Assembly (NCBI GenBank): GCA_964016885.1
Contig: OZ024740.1
Coordinates: 331,514,001-331,578,000 of the forward strand
Source: Eledone cirrhosa
Lineage: Eukaryota
DNA: 64,000 bases
Direction of reading: 5' to 3'
Part shown: piece after piece, positions 11,800 to 24,899 of the stretch
Layout of the letters: every line of letters starts with the position of its first letter
Position numbering within the stretch: the first letter of the stretch is position 1
The notes under the pieces: generated by a model
Database searches by the model: none
What the model saw: the letters and a program-made list of their open reading frames with translations, nothing else
What the model was told of the DNA's origin: nothing
Position numbers and translations under genes: made by a program

Positions 11800-13936
11800 A
11801 CAGCGTGATAATGCCACACACAACTCACCGGTGGTTATGTAACCATACATTCGCCAATCCTCGATAAGAGTGTTTAAATGTCGAACCTAAACAGTTCGAG
11901 TAACGGTGAAATGGAGACTAGAATGTCATGTGACAGACTCTCACCCAACAGGTGCTCCCTGGCTCAGCAGCAGGGACCTGGCTGTCAACCAAATACTGCT
12001 GGTGTCGGAGGAAGAAGAAGAAGGAAAGGGACCAGAACCAACTGGACGAAAGAATTGAATAGAACTGTTATGCAATGTTACCTGAAGAGTAACTCCAAGG
12101 AGAAAGGCTATAGGATGCATAACATCTGGAACGAGATTAGTCTATTTAAATTAGATGAACAAAAACTTGCCGGGCAGGCTCGGGTAATAAGAACTAATGG
12201 GTGGATAAGCGAGCTGGAACTGGAGAAACTGAGCAGAGAGATTAGCTTGGAGATGGATAGTGGAGTATGCCAGGCAAACGAGCCAGTGGGAAATGAAGGT
12301 GAAGAGGTCGAGAGAACGGAGGAACCACCCGAAGCAGACAATGATCTGAATGCTGAGATATATAATACCTGGAATAGAGATACGGCCATTGAGGAGATGA
12401 ATGCTGACGGGCTAGGATAAGATTTGGTTGATATCCTAAACCTAGTGGTAGATGAATTGAACAATGATAGTGGGAGACCTATGAACCTAAGATTTGTAGA
12501 CAGCAAAAAGTTAAAAGAAACAACAGCTAAGGTAAACAAAGTCATCACATACCTTGAGGCGAGGAGCCTTCACCAGTGCAACAATATCCTCAAATTAACA
12601 GCAAATGCGGTGAGGAAACTACTTGGTATAAAAGCGAGGGGAAACAACAGACAAGAAAGACCAGAGCCTTGGTGGAAGAAACGACTGAGTGGTCAAATCA
12701 GGGAAATGAGAAATGACATTGGAAAGGTTGAGTACCTACTGAATGGGACACTAAAAAACATAGACACTAAAAATAGACTGGAAATAAAGTACAAAACTAG
12801 GAGGAAAAAGCTAAATATTATCATAGAGGAACTGAAGCAAAGCATTGTAGCAAAGAGCGCAAAAATCAGGCGATACGAGAACAGAGTCAGTCAGTATAGA
12901 CAGAACCGCATGTTCGACAACAACCAGAAGATGCTGTTTGGACAGCTTGAAGGGAAAGAAAGGGGCAACGACTTGATCCCTGAGGTGGAACAAACTAAAA
13001 CATTCTGGAGAGGAATATGAGAGCAGGATGTTAAACATAATGACCAGGCAGTGTGGATTGAGGCAGTACAAAAGGAGATTAGTGAACAGGCAAACCGACA
13101 AACTGATTTGACTATCACAGTTGAAACTCTTAAGATCCACAGACATGGAACTGGTTGAAAAGAGGAGACCTTAAAAAGGCTACAGAAGGAATGTTAATGG
13201 CTGCGCAAGAGCAGTCCCTCAAAACGAAGTGGTTGAAACACCATATTTTCAAGGAGGAGGCTAGCCCACTGTGCAGGATCTGTGAAGAGAGAGAGGAGAC
13301 TGTGGCTCACATTGTATCCGAGTATAAACACCTAGCCCAGACTCACTATAAGGGCTGGAGACATGATATGATGGGCAGGGTGATCCTATGCAAAGTAAAC
13401 AATTTACCACATTCTGCGAAGTGATATGAGCATAAGCCAGAGTCGGTGGTAGAAAACGATCAGGTGAAGGTGCTGTGGGATTTTAGGATACAGACGGACA
13501 AGAAACTTGAACACAATAAACCTGACTTGGTGGTTTGGGACAAAGAAAAAAGATCGTGCCTGATTGTGGATGTGGCCTGCTCATTTGACACGAGAGTGCA
13601 AGAGAAGGAGAGCGAGAAAATTAACCGATACCAGAACTTAAAGTGGGAGGTAAAAAGCATTTGGAACTGCCATGAAGTCAAAGTGATCCCGATTGTCATA
13701 GGCGCACTAGGTACTATCTCAAAAAGTGTCCAGGGATGGTTAAAGAAAATTGGCCCCTTCACGCTTTTTGGAACGCTTCAAAAGGCATGCTTGCTGGTAA
13801 CAGCAAGAAGCCTCCGATACGTCCTGAATATCTGAGGCTGCAGGTAGTGGCTTGATATTCATTTCAACAAACTTTCCAGTTAACTAACATCAATGACTGA
13901 AACTCAAAGAACAACAATAATAATAATAATAATAAT
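11800..13936 (+). mobile_element. R4/Dong-like family A copy 2 (5' region retained, RT deleted)
   Basis: ORF pieces 11878-12420, 12424-13020, 13155-13424 and 13446-13835. From ~12900 it matches copy A1. The junction at 13134/13135 joins A1 position 4037 to 5491. Ends in (TAA)n. The 5' boundary is approximate. Confidence 0.88.
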
Positions 13937-14312
13937 GATGCTTTCTTTATTAACCACAAGGGTTTACATAAAGTAGACATTAAGGACAGTACAGAACAAT
14001 ACAGGACGGTACAAATAGGCATTTCTGCGTGTAAAAAAACAGAGGATGTAATAAAAATAACAATGAAAATTTCCCCAATAGGGGGGAGACTTCCGAAGGA
14101 CACAGTGACCCTGACCACCAGGGCAAGTGCCCTCTACCAGTTTTCCACCTTTAATTTAAAGACACATACTCAGAGTAGGCCCATTCACTCGGGCCATACT
14201 TGCTTCTCTCACCCATCTTCCAACAAAATGCTGGGAAGAGAGCACTTCCCTCTCTACCCTGATTTTCCTTTTCAAATGAAATTTGAAAAAGTTAATCAGA
14301 GCATCACCGAAA
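13937..14312 (-). mobile_element. 3' fragment of a Tx1/L1-clade LINE (sister family of the 46-52 kb element)
   Basis: Minus 14311-14156 translates FGDALINFFKFHLKRKIRVEREVLSSQHFVGRWVREASMARVNGPTLSMCL*. This aligns to the ORF2 C-terminus near 51510-51665 (SGHSLVYFFRYHFGRRIRMEREVLGHRQFYERWVIVARMARVNGPSLYTIL*). The 3' end TGGTTAATAAAGAAAG resembles TGGTAAATAAAGAAA at 51866-51880. Confidence 0.85.
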
Positions 14313-14486
14313 ATAATAATAATCTATAAGAGAATAAAGAATCAATGTTGCATCATATACATATTTGATTACATATTGGTGCCGAGGAACAATCGATTAA
14401 TGATAGATCCTGACTCTGGAATCGGGAGCTCCTCAAATGCGTGTTTACATGTAGATGCGCGCCTCAGAATTTGTACCTCTAATACC

Positions 14487-14521
<35 letters not shown>

Positions 14522-14580
14522 ATATGTATCTGTATGTGTGTGTGTGTGTATGTGTGTATGTATGTATGTATGTATGTATG

Positions 14581-14611
<31 letters not shown>

Positions 14612-15882
14612 GTTTGTATGATTAAGACGTAAACAGAATAAGAAAGCAAATGGCACGACACATAGAAAAAATATAGTAGTTCATCGCTTGAAATACCAGG
14701 AATAGATTCTTATCATTTCGTTCTCGAGTCCTATATCAGAAGATAGATTTAGAAATATAAGATGAAATAGAATGATAAAGATTGCAAAGAGCAAGGAACG
14801 GGGGGAAAAGAGGGTAATACACACGTGCGTATTAACTCGGCCATTAGTATGTTACATATTTATGCCTCTCAGATGTGTGTTCATTTGGTTTGCATACATG
14901 TGTGTGTGTGTAATATAACTTCAGTGTTGAATTTAAAACTTCTTTTCAACTTGTCTTCTTTATTTAACAAGAAAACCTTCCAAAAATAATGTAATTATGA
15001 GTTATATTTAATCATTTATTATACATTTGTTTTGACATTTTTCTCTAAACTGACAGTAAGGTTATAGGCTGTACATAGGTTGTACAAGTAGCTATAATTA
15101 ATGAAAACTCATCTTATTGCAAAGAATATCGCATCAATAGTCTGAAAAATAAATGTCCAGTTATAATGGTTCAATTTTCTAAAATTTATGACTCTTGCTT
15201 AGATCAAAGTAATTCTTTTTATTCGTATAACAAATATCAACATAATTTAGAATAGTTAAATTACCAGAGAGAAGCTATAATAAGATATAAAAAATAGGAA
15301 TTAGATAACAACAATGCAATAGTCTTAATGAATATATAATGATAACGACGTACGGGAAATGAATTCTGACTTCAAAATATTTATATTTATTCAATTTCGC
15401 AATTTAATACGTAGACAATTACTTTTCAGTTCGATGACTATAAAAATATTTCTGATTGATTTATAGAGAACACAACTCTATGCTAATCAATAAATTAATA
15501 GTGAATTGTTTAAATACAAAATCTATATATGTGTTTTATGAGTGTGTGTGTGTGGGTGTGTGTATATGTGTGTATGTGTGCGATGCATAGACACACACAC
15601 ACACATATATATATGTGTGCACATATATATGTATATATACATATATATGTGTGTGTATAATATATAATGTATGTATATAGGTATATGTGTAATACATATA
15701 TATATATAAAGAGAGAGAGAGAGATACCTATATACATACATTATATATTATACACACACACACATATATATATATATATATCGACAGTCGATCGACTTTC
15801 GTCAAATCGGACCGAGGAAACAATGTTTCCATTGGTCTTTCCAAATGCTAATACTATATATCGGTCGCAACTCGAGGTAGAA

Positions 15883-16003
15883 GGAGCAACGTGAAATAAA
15901 GTGTATTGCTCAAGGATATAACGCATCGCCCGGTTCGGGAATCGAACTCACAACCTCACGATTGTGAATCCAGTTCTCTAACCACTCAGCCACGCGCCTT
16001 CAC
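15883..16003 (-). mobile_element. tRNA-headed SINE fragment with CORE/V-like central motif (family S2)
   Basis: Minus strand has GGCGCGTGGCTGAGTGGTTAG (A box) ... GAGTTCGATTCCCG (B box), followed by TCCTTGAGCAATACACTTTATTTCAC. The latter resembles, from memory, the CCTTGRGCAAG-CACTT motif of CORE/V-SINEs. Confidence 0.7.
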
Positions 16004-16004
16004 A

Positions 16005-16037
<33 letters not shown>

Positions 16038-16312
16038 CATATATACATGTGGTATGTGTGTGTGTGTGTGTATACATATATGTGTGTACGATCATGTTTA
16101 GAGTCACATACACATGCACATTTCTATCACAAAAGTATGAATAATTATTTGTTTATTTTATTTGAACTGATTATCATTTTATCATTTTAAACAGAATATT
16201 TCTGCATTCACGTTTTCAAGTTGTCTACAGAAAACGAGATATTTTAAATTCTGAGAACGCATACACTCTCTACCTTGCACTTACACAGATATACACACAC
16301 CTATATATATAC

Positions 16313-16421
<109 letters not shown>

Positions 16422-16727
16422 TAGATAAAGATATATATAGATATAGATATAGATATAGATATAGATATATTCATGTGTGTATGAGTGTGTGTGAAAATTA
16501 AACGGAAAAAAGCACAACAGACGATGCAGTACAATGAAATTCTTATATTCTATTGGATATTAAAAAATTAAAAAATTTCGAAACGATGAAATGTTAGGTG
16601 ATCAGTATTCCGATGGTATTCACTATTGAACATTACTTTCAATCGAAATGTTCATGTAATTACTGCCACGCATTGTAATATTGCCGACGATACCACCTGT
16701 AACAACACCCGCATCACAACAAAAACA

Positions 16728-16840
16728 ACTACTCCTACTACTACTACTACTACTAATATTACTACTACTACTACTACTACTACTAATACTAATACTACTA
16801 ATACTACTACTACTGCTAGTGCTACAGCTGCTACTAGTAC
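16728..16840. repeat. Imperfect (TAC)n microsatellite
   Basis: Read directly. Explains the poly-T/L/V/S ORFs here. Confidence 0.9.
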
Positions 16841-17126
16841 TATATAAAAGGTTTGGTCCCATTGTGTTCTTCGTAGTCCCCTAGCGTATATTACTGTCAC
16901 TTTTCTTTATCCTTGCTGACATGGAGGACAACCTACAACGAATCTGGCAAACATCTCGAGTTATTTTTAAACGATAAATGATCCAGCGATATGGTGCACG
17001 TAGTGTTTCGTCACCATTCTCAGTGTCGAAAGCAGTGGCATTATTACATACTGGCTCTGTAGTATTTGTGACTCGGATGTTGTTGATTGTGACGGGAATG
17101 AGGGTCACATTTTTCTTTATAGATGA

Positions 17127-18077
17127 CTAGAAGTAAAGCCCGGCGTTGCTCGGGGTCGCTCAGTAACTGTGTTAAAGTTACAATGTTAAGTTTCTTTTTT
17201 GGCTTAAAAACTGTAGTGTCTACTGTGCAGACTTGCATGTGGTGTTTTTGATTAATATTCCCTCAACCAACAATATGCCTTATGAAGTTAAGAAAACATA
17301 ACGATAACCCGAATAATAATAATAATAATGAAATTATTGTGTACAGTGCTCAGGTGCACTACAACTCGAATGTTATAACAAAAGAGGATGCTGGGGATAA
17401 AAACTGCACTGGTTATTTATTAACAAAGATCGAAAATGTAAACACTGCAACGCAGAGAAAAACATTAGCGTAACCAAATTATCAGTTATGTCTGTCTGCA
17501 CGCCTATATCACCTCTCTGCACGACTGTCTGTCTGCACGCCTATATCACCTCTCTGCACGACTGTCTGTCTGCACGCCTATATCACCTCTCTGCACGACT
17601 GTCTGTCTTCACGCCTATATCACCTCTCTGCACGACTGTCTGTCTGCACGACTGTCTGTCTGCACGCCTAACGACGAAATATTTGCTTGTTTTACGTAGT
17701 CTTTAAATAGACTTGTTTTCAAGTAAAAATATTGTTTTAAAATGCTTTTAAATGGAAATGAAGCAAAACGGAAGCTTAGTGTTCGTGTGTTAATGTCATT
17801 TTAAACGCTGAGAAAGCCAGCGTAATTTTTTACGTAAGACGCTCAATGTAAACAGAACAAAGGGAAATAACTGATAACGTACGCTCAAAAATCGATACAT
17901 TATATTCGATTTCGTCACATAGGGTGGGTCAATTTGAAAATTTTTTTTTCCGATGTCTTCGCTAGGGCTCAATGTACAAGTATAGCAATTTCGGTGCAAT
18001 TCCCTGAGAGATTCTAAGAGGAGATGTGTGCCAAAAATCGATAGACAGACAGACAACCACAGTTTTATATATATAGA
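17127..18077 (-). mobile_element. Non-autonomous Helitron (rolling-circle) element
   Basis: Minus strand starts A|TCTATATATATAAAA (18077) and ends CTAG|T (17127). A GC hairpin CCCGAGCAACGCCGGG lies 8 nt before the CTAG. No TSD; GTCT repeats near the 5' end. Confidence 0.75.
17489..17669. repeat. 37-bp minisatellite (TGTCTGTCTGCACGCCTATATCACCTCTCTGCACGAC) x4 plus partial units
   Basis: Units start at 17489, 17526, 17563 and 17600. Confidence 0.95.
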
Positions 18078-18611
18078 TTATACAGCTGTATTTGTTTCTG
18101 GTGGTGTTTATTTATTTTTATTTATTTTTTTTTTCGGTTGCAGTACTTTTCCTGGACGCATGCTAATTTCAAAATATGAGTTTTGCTGCTATTTAAATAT
18201 TTAGGATTCGCAACAAAAGGTAGATATTCAAAATGTTATCAGTGAGGAATACCATTTGACTTTTTTTTCCGCTGAGTGAGTATCAGTGGCTATTACACTC
18301 TGCGTATAATGGGGGTTGTATCCGAATCACATATTGTATCCCCATCGCTCGAATGTAAAGTTCTTCCCCTTCGCAAAATAAATAGTGAGTGGATTTAACT
18401 CAATTTCTAAGCATCCGAAATAGCTCCACGTTATTTTTTTGAGCATTGGTTTTATAGGATTGGTTGTTGATAGTGGGGTGGATGTGTTGATATTGTTGCT
18501 TTTGGTGGTGGTTTTGGTGGTATGTGTGTTGGCAAAAGAATACAACCCCCCTTTCTCGTTTCAATAAAGAGAATGAACCGGAAGGAAATATATAAATATA
18601 AAACGTGAACT

Positions 18612-18818
18612 AAATAATTGTTTCTACAGTTGGCACAAGGCCAGCAATTAACCTAGTTTATTACTGGTGCATTATATTACCGACCCTGTAAGGATGAAAA
18701 GCAAAGATAATCCCGCCTAGTTTAACTTCGCCTTTCATCCTTACAGGGTCGATAAAATAAAGCACCAGTAATACACTGGGATAATTGCTGGCCTTGTGCC
18801 AAATGTTGAAACAATTAT
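18612..18818. mobile_element. Inverted pair of S1 SINE 3' halves (18612-18716 minus; 18721-18818 plus)
   Basis: S1 motifs are present in both orientations. Confidence 0.8.
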
Positions 18819-19844
18819 TTACCTCACCGTTTTACATTTATATATTTCCTTTCATTTCACCCTCTTCATTTAAGACGAGAAGGGAGATTTTGTAACGTCA
18901 ATTGATGCATTTCTTTTTACTGATGATGTCCGAAAAAGATTTCTGTTATTGAGTTGTTTTGGTGTAATTAATTTCCATTGGCTTTGTTGATGTAGTTGTT
19001 GATTTTGCTTTTGGCATTGCTGTTGTTTTTGTCATTGCATTTGTTGTTTGGTTGTTGTAATTTATTGTTGAAGTGATGGTGTTGCTAGTGGTACTGGTGG
19101 TATTGATGTCTGTGCTAGATTTCACCTTTCTAGCAGTGGAAGCAGGGGTGTAAAGGTCGTAGAATTTTGCAATGATGGAGAATTAAATCTCATCACTTGA
19201 TACACGATATATTTGTTTACTTTGTTTTTGGTACTGAAACTGTTAAACTGATAATCTTGTGGCTGTTGTTGTTGTAGTTATTGTTGTTATTGTTGTTGTT
19301 GTTGTTGTCGTTAATGTCATTGTTTTTTTACGTTGCCGTTGTTCTTGCTTCCGCTGCTTTTGTCGTCGATGTCGTTTTTTTATGCAGTTGTTGTTGCTGT
19401 TGTTTTTGTTGTTGTTGTTAATGTGCTACTGGTGATGATGTCTATAGTGGGTTTTGTGATGCGAGTTGTAACGTCACACTTGATGCTTTTTCATGCATCT
19501 CCAGACTTGTCCTAGAAGAAACCTCGATATCAGCCATATTTTATTTTAAATTGGTGTCGAGGCCACAAAACATATGTAACCCTACCCTTTTATGTGTCAA
19601 AGGTATGAGGTAAACAGCTAACTCCCTCGGAATTTGGTTCCCTTTGACACAGAAATATTCAAACATTTAAGCAAAAAGTGTTTTTATAACAGGTGAAAAA
19701 CAATAATTTCATAGGAGCCGACACGAAGACGTCTGAATCAAACAAGAGCAGTTATAGTGCCAACAATTTGAGGGGTGCGGCAAGTCAGTTAAATCGAGCG
19801 CATTACATCATTGGTGCTTTATTTGATCAATAGGTTTGAACAAT

Positions 19845-20200
19845 AATTGTTGGTTCTACTTTTGGCACAAGGCCAGCAATTAACCCAGTGTATTACTGGT
19901 ACTTTATTTTATCGACCCCGTAAGGATGAAAGTCAAAGTTGACCTCGGCGGGATTTGAACGCAGACCATAAATGGCCGTAACTCTTTTGCTGCAAAGCAT
20001 GGCGTCCGACCCTCTACCGATACTGCCAATCCACCGCCCATTCAACAATAATAATAATTGTTTCTACTTTTTGGCGCACGTAAGTTAAATCAACATAAGT
20101 GCATTACTGGTGTTTTATTTTATCGACCTCCTAAGGAAGAAAGGCAAAGTTAAACTCGGCGGTATTTAAACACAGAACGTAAAGGGCCATAAATTATGCT
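19845..20200 (-). mobile_element. Two tandem S1 SINE copies (19845-20039 full length; ~20053-20200 partial)
   Basis: S1 similarity. The 5' end GGGCGGTGGATTGGCAG is visible on the minus strand from 20039. Confidence 0.85.
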
Positions 20201-20507
20201 GGAGTTAATGCAGAGTACTAAGATATGTCATAATGATTATAGTGTTCAAATAGCAACCGACAAATATTTGATCAGCATTGCTGACCCAAAGGAATTTCAT
20301 TGAACCCCTTAGTCAAGGAAAAATAAGTACTGTGAGAGAAATCGATGTGTTTTTGTAAGTGCCAACACAATGGAATGTGGAATTCGACAGGAATCACACG
20401 CAACACAACACCTTCAAAAACAATCATAAAAAGAATTTTAAAAATATAGTAAAAAGAGTTTAAACACTGATATATTCTCCCACAAATACAATCACACAAA
20501 AAACTGT

Positions 20508-20529
20508 ATAATAATAATAATAATGATAA

Positions 20530-20591
<62 letters not shown>

Positions 20592-20730
20592 GCAGAAGAA
20601 GAAGAAGAAGAAGAAGAAGAAGAAGAAGAAGAAGAAGAAGAAGAAGAAGAAGAAGAAGAAGAAGAAGAAGAAGAAGAAGAAGAAGAAGAAGAAGAAGAAG
20701 AAGAAGAAGAAGAAGAAGAAGAAGAAGAAA
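20508..20730. repeat. Compound trinucleotide microsatellite (TAA)(TAG)(CAG)(AAG)n
   Basis: Read directly. Confidence 0.95.
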
Positions 20731-21193
20731 TGTAAGTCTATATACTTTTTCATAAGACCATTCCATACACAATTTCATGTTTCATTGATTTTTTTGTAGG
20801 AAGTGATTTTAGTGTAAAAATATTCGAAATAAAATGGGAAATATATGAATATTATAGCTACACTAAATACAGTTAACCACGGCAAATATATTCTTTTATA
20901 AATGTATTCATATTTGTAATCGATTCCAGAGGAATAAAGTATATAAAGAAGCAAGCATCATATATTGTGTTGAGAAATTGAAAAACACTCGTAAAACATT
21001 GTAGATGTTCCTAAAAATACTATGTAAAAATAGAATAACCAGGATAACTACAGTATAAAAGGGAAAAACGAAACAGTTATTCTCCACATCACACTGCATC
21101 AGAGATAATGAATAATAGATAATACATATACAGTTTCTTTGTTTCAGCACACACACACATACTCACACACACACACATACACACATATATCAC

Positions 21194-21229
<36 letters not shown>

Positions 21230-21232
21230 TCG

Positions 21233-21348
21233 ATATAGAAATGGCTTCTACAGGACTGGAATTGTTTCATTCGGAAGAAATCATCAGGGCGTCCTGGTGA
21301 TTTCTGCTGAATGAAACAGTTCTAGTCCAGTAGAAGTCATTTCTATGT
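21233..21348. repeat. Imperfect palindrome whose arms each carry a hammerhead-like core
   Basis: Minus arm: CTGATGA-TTTCTTCCGAAT-GAAAC-AATTCCA-GTC. Plus arm: CTGGTGA-TTTCTGCTGAAT-GAAAC-AGTTCTA-GTC. Confidence 0.7.
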
Positions 21349-21459
21349 TAAATAATTATACTCTGCTATGTATTGAGTATGTATTGAGTACCTTACTTAC
21401 TGCGGTTACCCCAGATTGAACCCGGGATAAACTTATATATAAATATATGTAATAATAAT

Positions 21460-21720
21460 AATGGTTTCTACTTTGGCACAAGGCCAGCAATTGCCATTAC
21501 ATTACTGGTACTTTATCCGTAAGGATGAAAGCCAAAGTAAACCTCGGCGGTATTTGAACTCAGATAGTAAAGGGACATAACTCTTTTCGTCAAAGCATAG
21601 CGTCCGACCCTCTACTGATACTGCCAATTCAACGTTATTATTATTATGTCGATAAAATAAAGTACCAGTAATGCACTGGTTTATTGCTGGCCTTGTGCCT
21701 AAAGTAGAAACAATTATTAT
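21460..21720. mobile_element. S1 SINE (21460-21628 minus) plus S1 3' fragment (21647-21720 plus)
   Basis: S1 motif similarity. Confidence 0.8.
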
Positions 21721-22205
21721 TATATGTAATAATAATAAAAATATTATATATACTTATATATACACTATATATAATTATAAACAGGAAAGGTCAGTAATTC
21801 ATTACCACCTTATATATATATATACTGTGATATATATGCTTAGTACGATTGCGTGGTTATTCTGTACATACCTAAAACATCTGTACACTTTCTATACGCT
21901 TGCATATGTACTGCTAATGTCCTCGTTTTGCGAGTAACTTTCTTCTTTAATTCTTCTATAATTGTTGTATTATTCTTTTATAATCTATATCGCATCCGTT
22001 GATACTGACCACATCATCTTCACTCTTTAAATATGACACTGTTTATGACAACAGTAACATATATGTATCTTTACGATGATTCCGTGGAAAAGGAGGTTAA
22101 TTATATATCTAAATTTTTCTAGTGCTCCGATGAACACAAACGAAAATTTGGAAGAAACGATTGTCATCAATAAAATGTTTTAAACATATTTTTGTTTATT
22201 CTGTA

Positions 22206-22271
<66 letters not shown>

Positions 22272-22283
22272 ATATATATATAT

Positions 22284-22326
<43 letters not shown>

Positions 22327-22341
22327 TTAGGTTTTTCTGTA

Positions 22342-22441
<100 letters not shown>

Positions 22442-23166
22442 GTTAATATAAATTAATATATTTGATAAACACAAATACCAACATATCCATGTTTGTATTG
22501 CAAATGACTAAGTTAGCTAGATTGAAAAATACTAATTATAATAATATACTTTGCCTGTCTCGATTTAAAATAATAAATCAATAAAAACAAAGTATATTGG
22601 CTAATGCTTGGACAAATTTAAATTTAAATTTCAAAATCAAACCTGTTCCGTAGACAGGTTTAAACCTTAAAATCCAAATATGTTTCGAAAAATGAAAAAG
22701 TGGAACAAATACCGCATTTATATTTCTTCAGCAAGCACAGGTATTAAATAGCAGTTGTGTATACCATTTATGTCAATACTTCAGTGCTGTCTCGAAAACT
22801 ATACTTTAACAAAATCATCGGCTTTTTTCCAAAAGGGCTTCCTGCCCCCAGGGGTCCGCTACTCAATATGTACCAATTTTGAGAGTTCACATTCATCTGT
22901 AGGAGAAACGTAGGCAATTTGTCAATTTTTGTGAAAATCGGTTGCGAACTCTAGAAGTTATGACGTTTTGTTGCATTGCACTGTAGTGCTTATGTCGACT
23001 CCAAGAAAGTAGTTAAAGGTTGTTATCTGCCGGGGGACCCTATAATCAATATCTGGAAAAATGAAAGTGCCCATGACCATCCGGAGTACATAAGTAACCT
23101 ATGTCTTAAGTTTGGTGAAAATACTGTAGAAATTCATAAGGTTTATACATACGCGCGTGCGTGCGT

Positions 23167-23252
<86 letters not shown>

Positions 23253-23977
23253 ATGTGCGTGGGTGTGTATGTATTTGTGTGTGCGTATGTATGTGTATGT
23301 CCGTCGGGGCATACGTATTTACTGGCCTAAATCTTAACTATTTAGTTTTACTATTTTAATAACCTCTATCATTTTCTTTTTCAATTCTATTTACATCATT
23401 CCGGTGCTGGAAATCATTCTGTTAATTTAAATAGAATATTAGTTAACCGAATCCATTTATACCATAAACTTGGTCTTGTCTTTGCATGAAATTGTTCTTC
23501 TCCGTCCACATAACGACGTATTATCCTCGCTTTTTTTCCGTTCATTACCAGGTTACGTCTTCACGAACCAAAATATCGTCTTCCTGTTTTCCTTTGCTGT
23601 TTTACTTCTGCGTTCACAGATTACTCTCAGTTCAATTTGAATGGGAAATTCCTGTTTCATCATAACCATGGGAGCTTGTAGCTTGAAAGTCGATCGAACG
23701 CCACCTCGGGTTATTCTGCATAACTGTGTAAATTTTCACTGCATTCCACCAAGCCGTTTCGATGTTTATCCGATTACACCTACATAAACAACGTCGGACC
23801 ATTTCCAATTTATATAGTAGATTTATTAAAATAACAGTTTAAGTATCAATCTGTGGACGCAGAAGTAAATATTTCGAAAAACGTTGCAACCGAAGGAAAG
23901 CAGGAAGACGATACTTTGGTTCGTGAAAACGTTCCTTGGCAATGGACCGGAAAAAGCGAAAATAATACGTCATTATG

Positions 23978-24808
23978 CCACACGAATTATTCCACACTGC
24001 AAGAGTGACCAAGCATCTAATTTCAGGTATAATTTTATCTAAAATCTTTTTACTAAATCTACCTAAATCAGACTTCGTAGGGTTAATTAGATGAATAGAG
24101 GTGTTGTTGGCGAAATTGGATTTGTGATTCTTCAGGGTAAAGTGGGGAGAAATAGGGTCCAGATGTTCAGTCCGGTCCCTGATGCTGAGTTCGGAAGTGA
24201 TTTTAAACCTAGCATCGTTGATGTCGTTAATGACACATCGTTGGTTTTCCCGTAATCCTTAGTTACATCATGATGTAGCAGTTGATGGTAAGTACTGCGC
24301 TCCCCTTGATATAGATTGCCAGTTTTGTCGGAGTGGACGTGCACGGCATTAGAATCGTTAATAGAAAGATTTCTATTTTTCAGGTCCTGGTGGAAGGAAT
24401 TGTTCTTATTCCGAAATTTGATACTCCGTATGAGTTCCAAAACATCGTCTTCGAAGGGTAGCAATGCTGGATTACTCGGAGGGTTATTTATAAGTTTTAA
24501 ACCCAAATGTATCCTGTTTATTGTCCGCTTTTCCCTGGTTATAGAAATAAAAGCCACGCCAATGCAACCTTTTAAGGAACCAATCTGTTTTATGTATCAG
24601 ACGTTTTAGGGTGGTCTTCCTGCTAGGTACTGGTGTGTTCTTTTTAGAAATATCCAGATGTTGTTTCTGCATGATGTATCTAAGTCAATAGAGTGCTCAA
24701 CCGAAGGAACCAAATAGTAATGATAATAAATTTGAAGACTAAAATCCAAAGAAGGCTCAATACGGATAAATATATATCAAATATATAAGAACTCTAGAGC
24801 AAATATTT
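23978..24808 (-). pseudogene. Degraded Naiad-type Penelope-like element 2, 5' part (inverted)
   Basis: Minus-strand peptides SKKNTPVPS..KRLHWRGFYF..FGFKT..PFEDDVLELIRSIKFR..SDKTGNLY..SPTKSDLGRFSKKILD are homologous to the N-terminus of the 38.3 kb PLE ORF. Confidence 0.8.
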
Positions 24809-24899
24809 CGTCTTCAAATTTATTATTATTATTATTTGGCCTGAGCACTCTAATAGTACCCCTTTCGACGTGAGTATGGGCGCCAGTGATTCGAGGGTG

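Noticed and set aside
15925-16000. Possible tRNA gene
   Set aside because: The acceptor stem is not complementary and the sequence runs into a SINE central domain, so it is a SINE head.
17489-17669. 37-bp repeats as a CRISPR array
   Set aside because: Tandem units without unique spacers, in a eukaryotic context with no cas genes.
22860-23150. Helitron-like internal repeat motifs
   Set aside because: No termini found, and the similarity is too weak to call.
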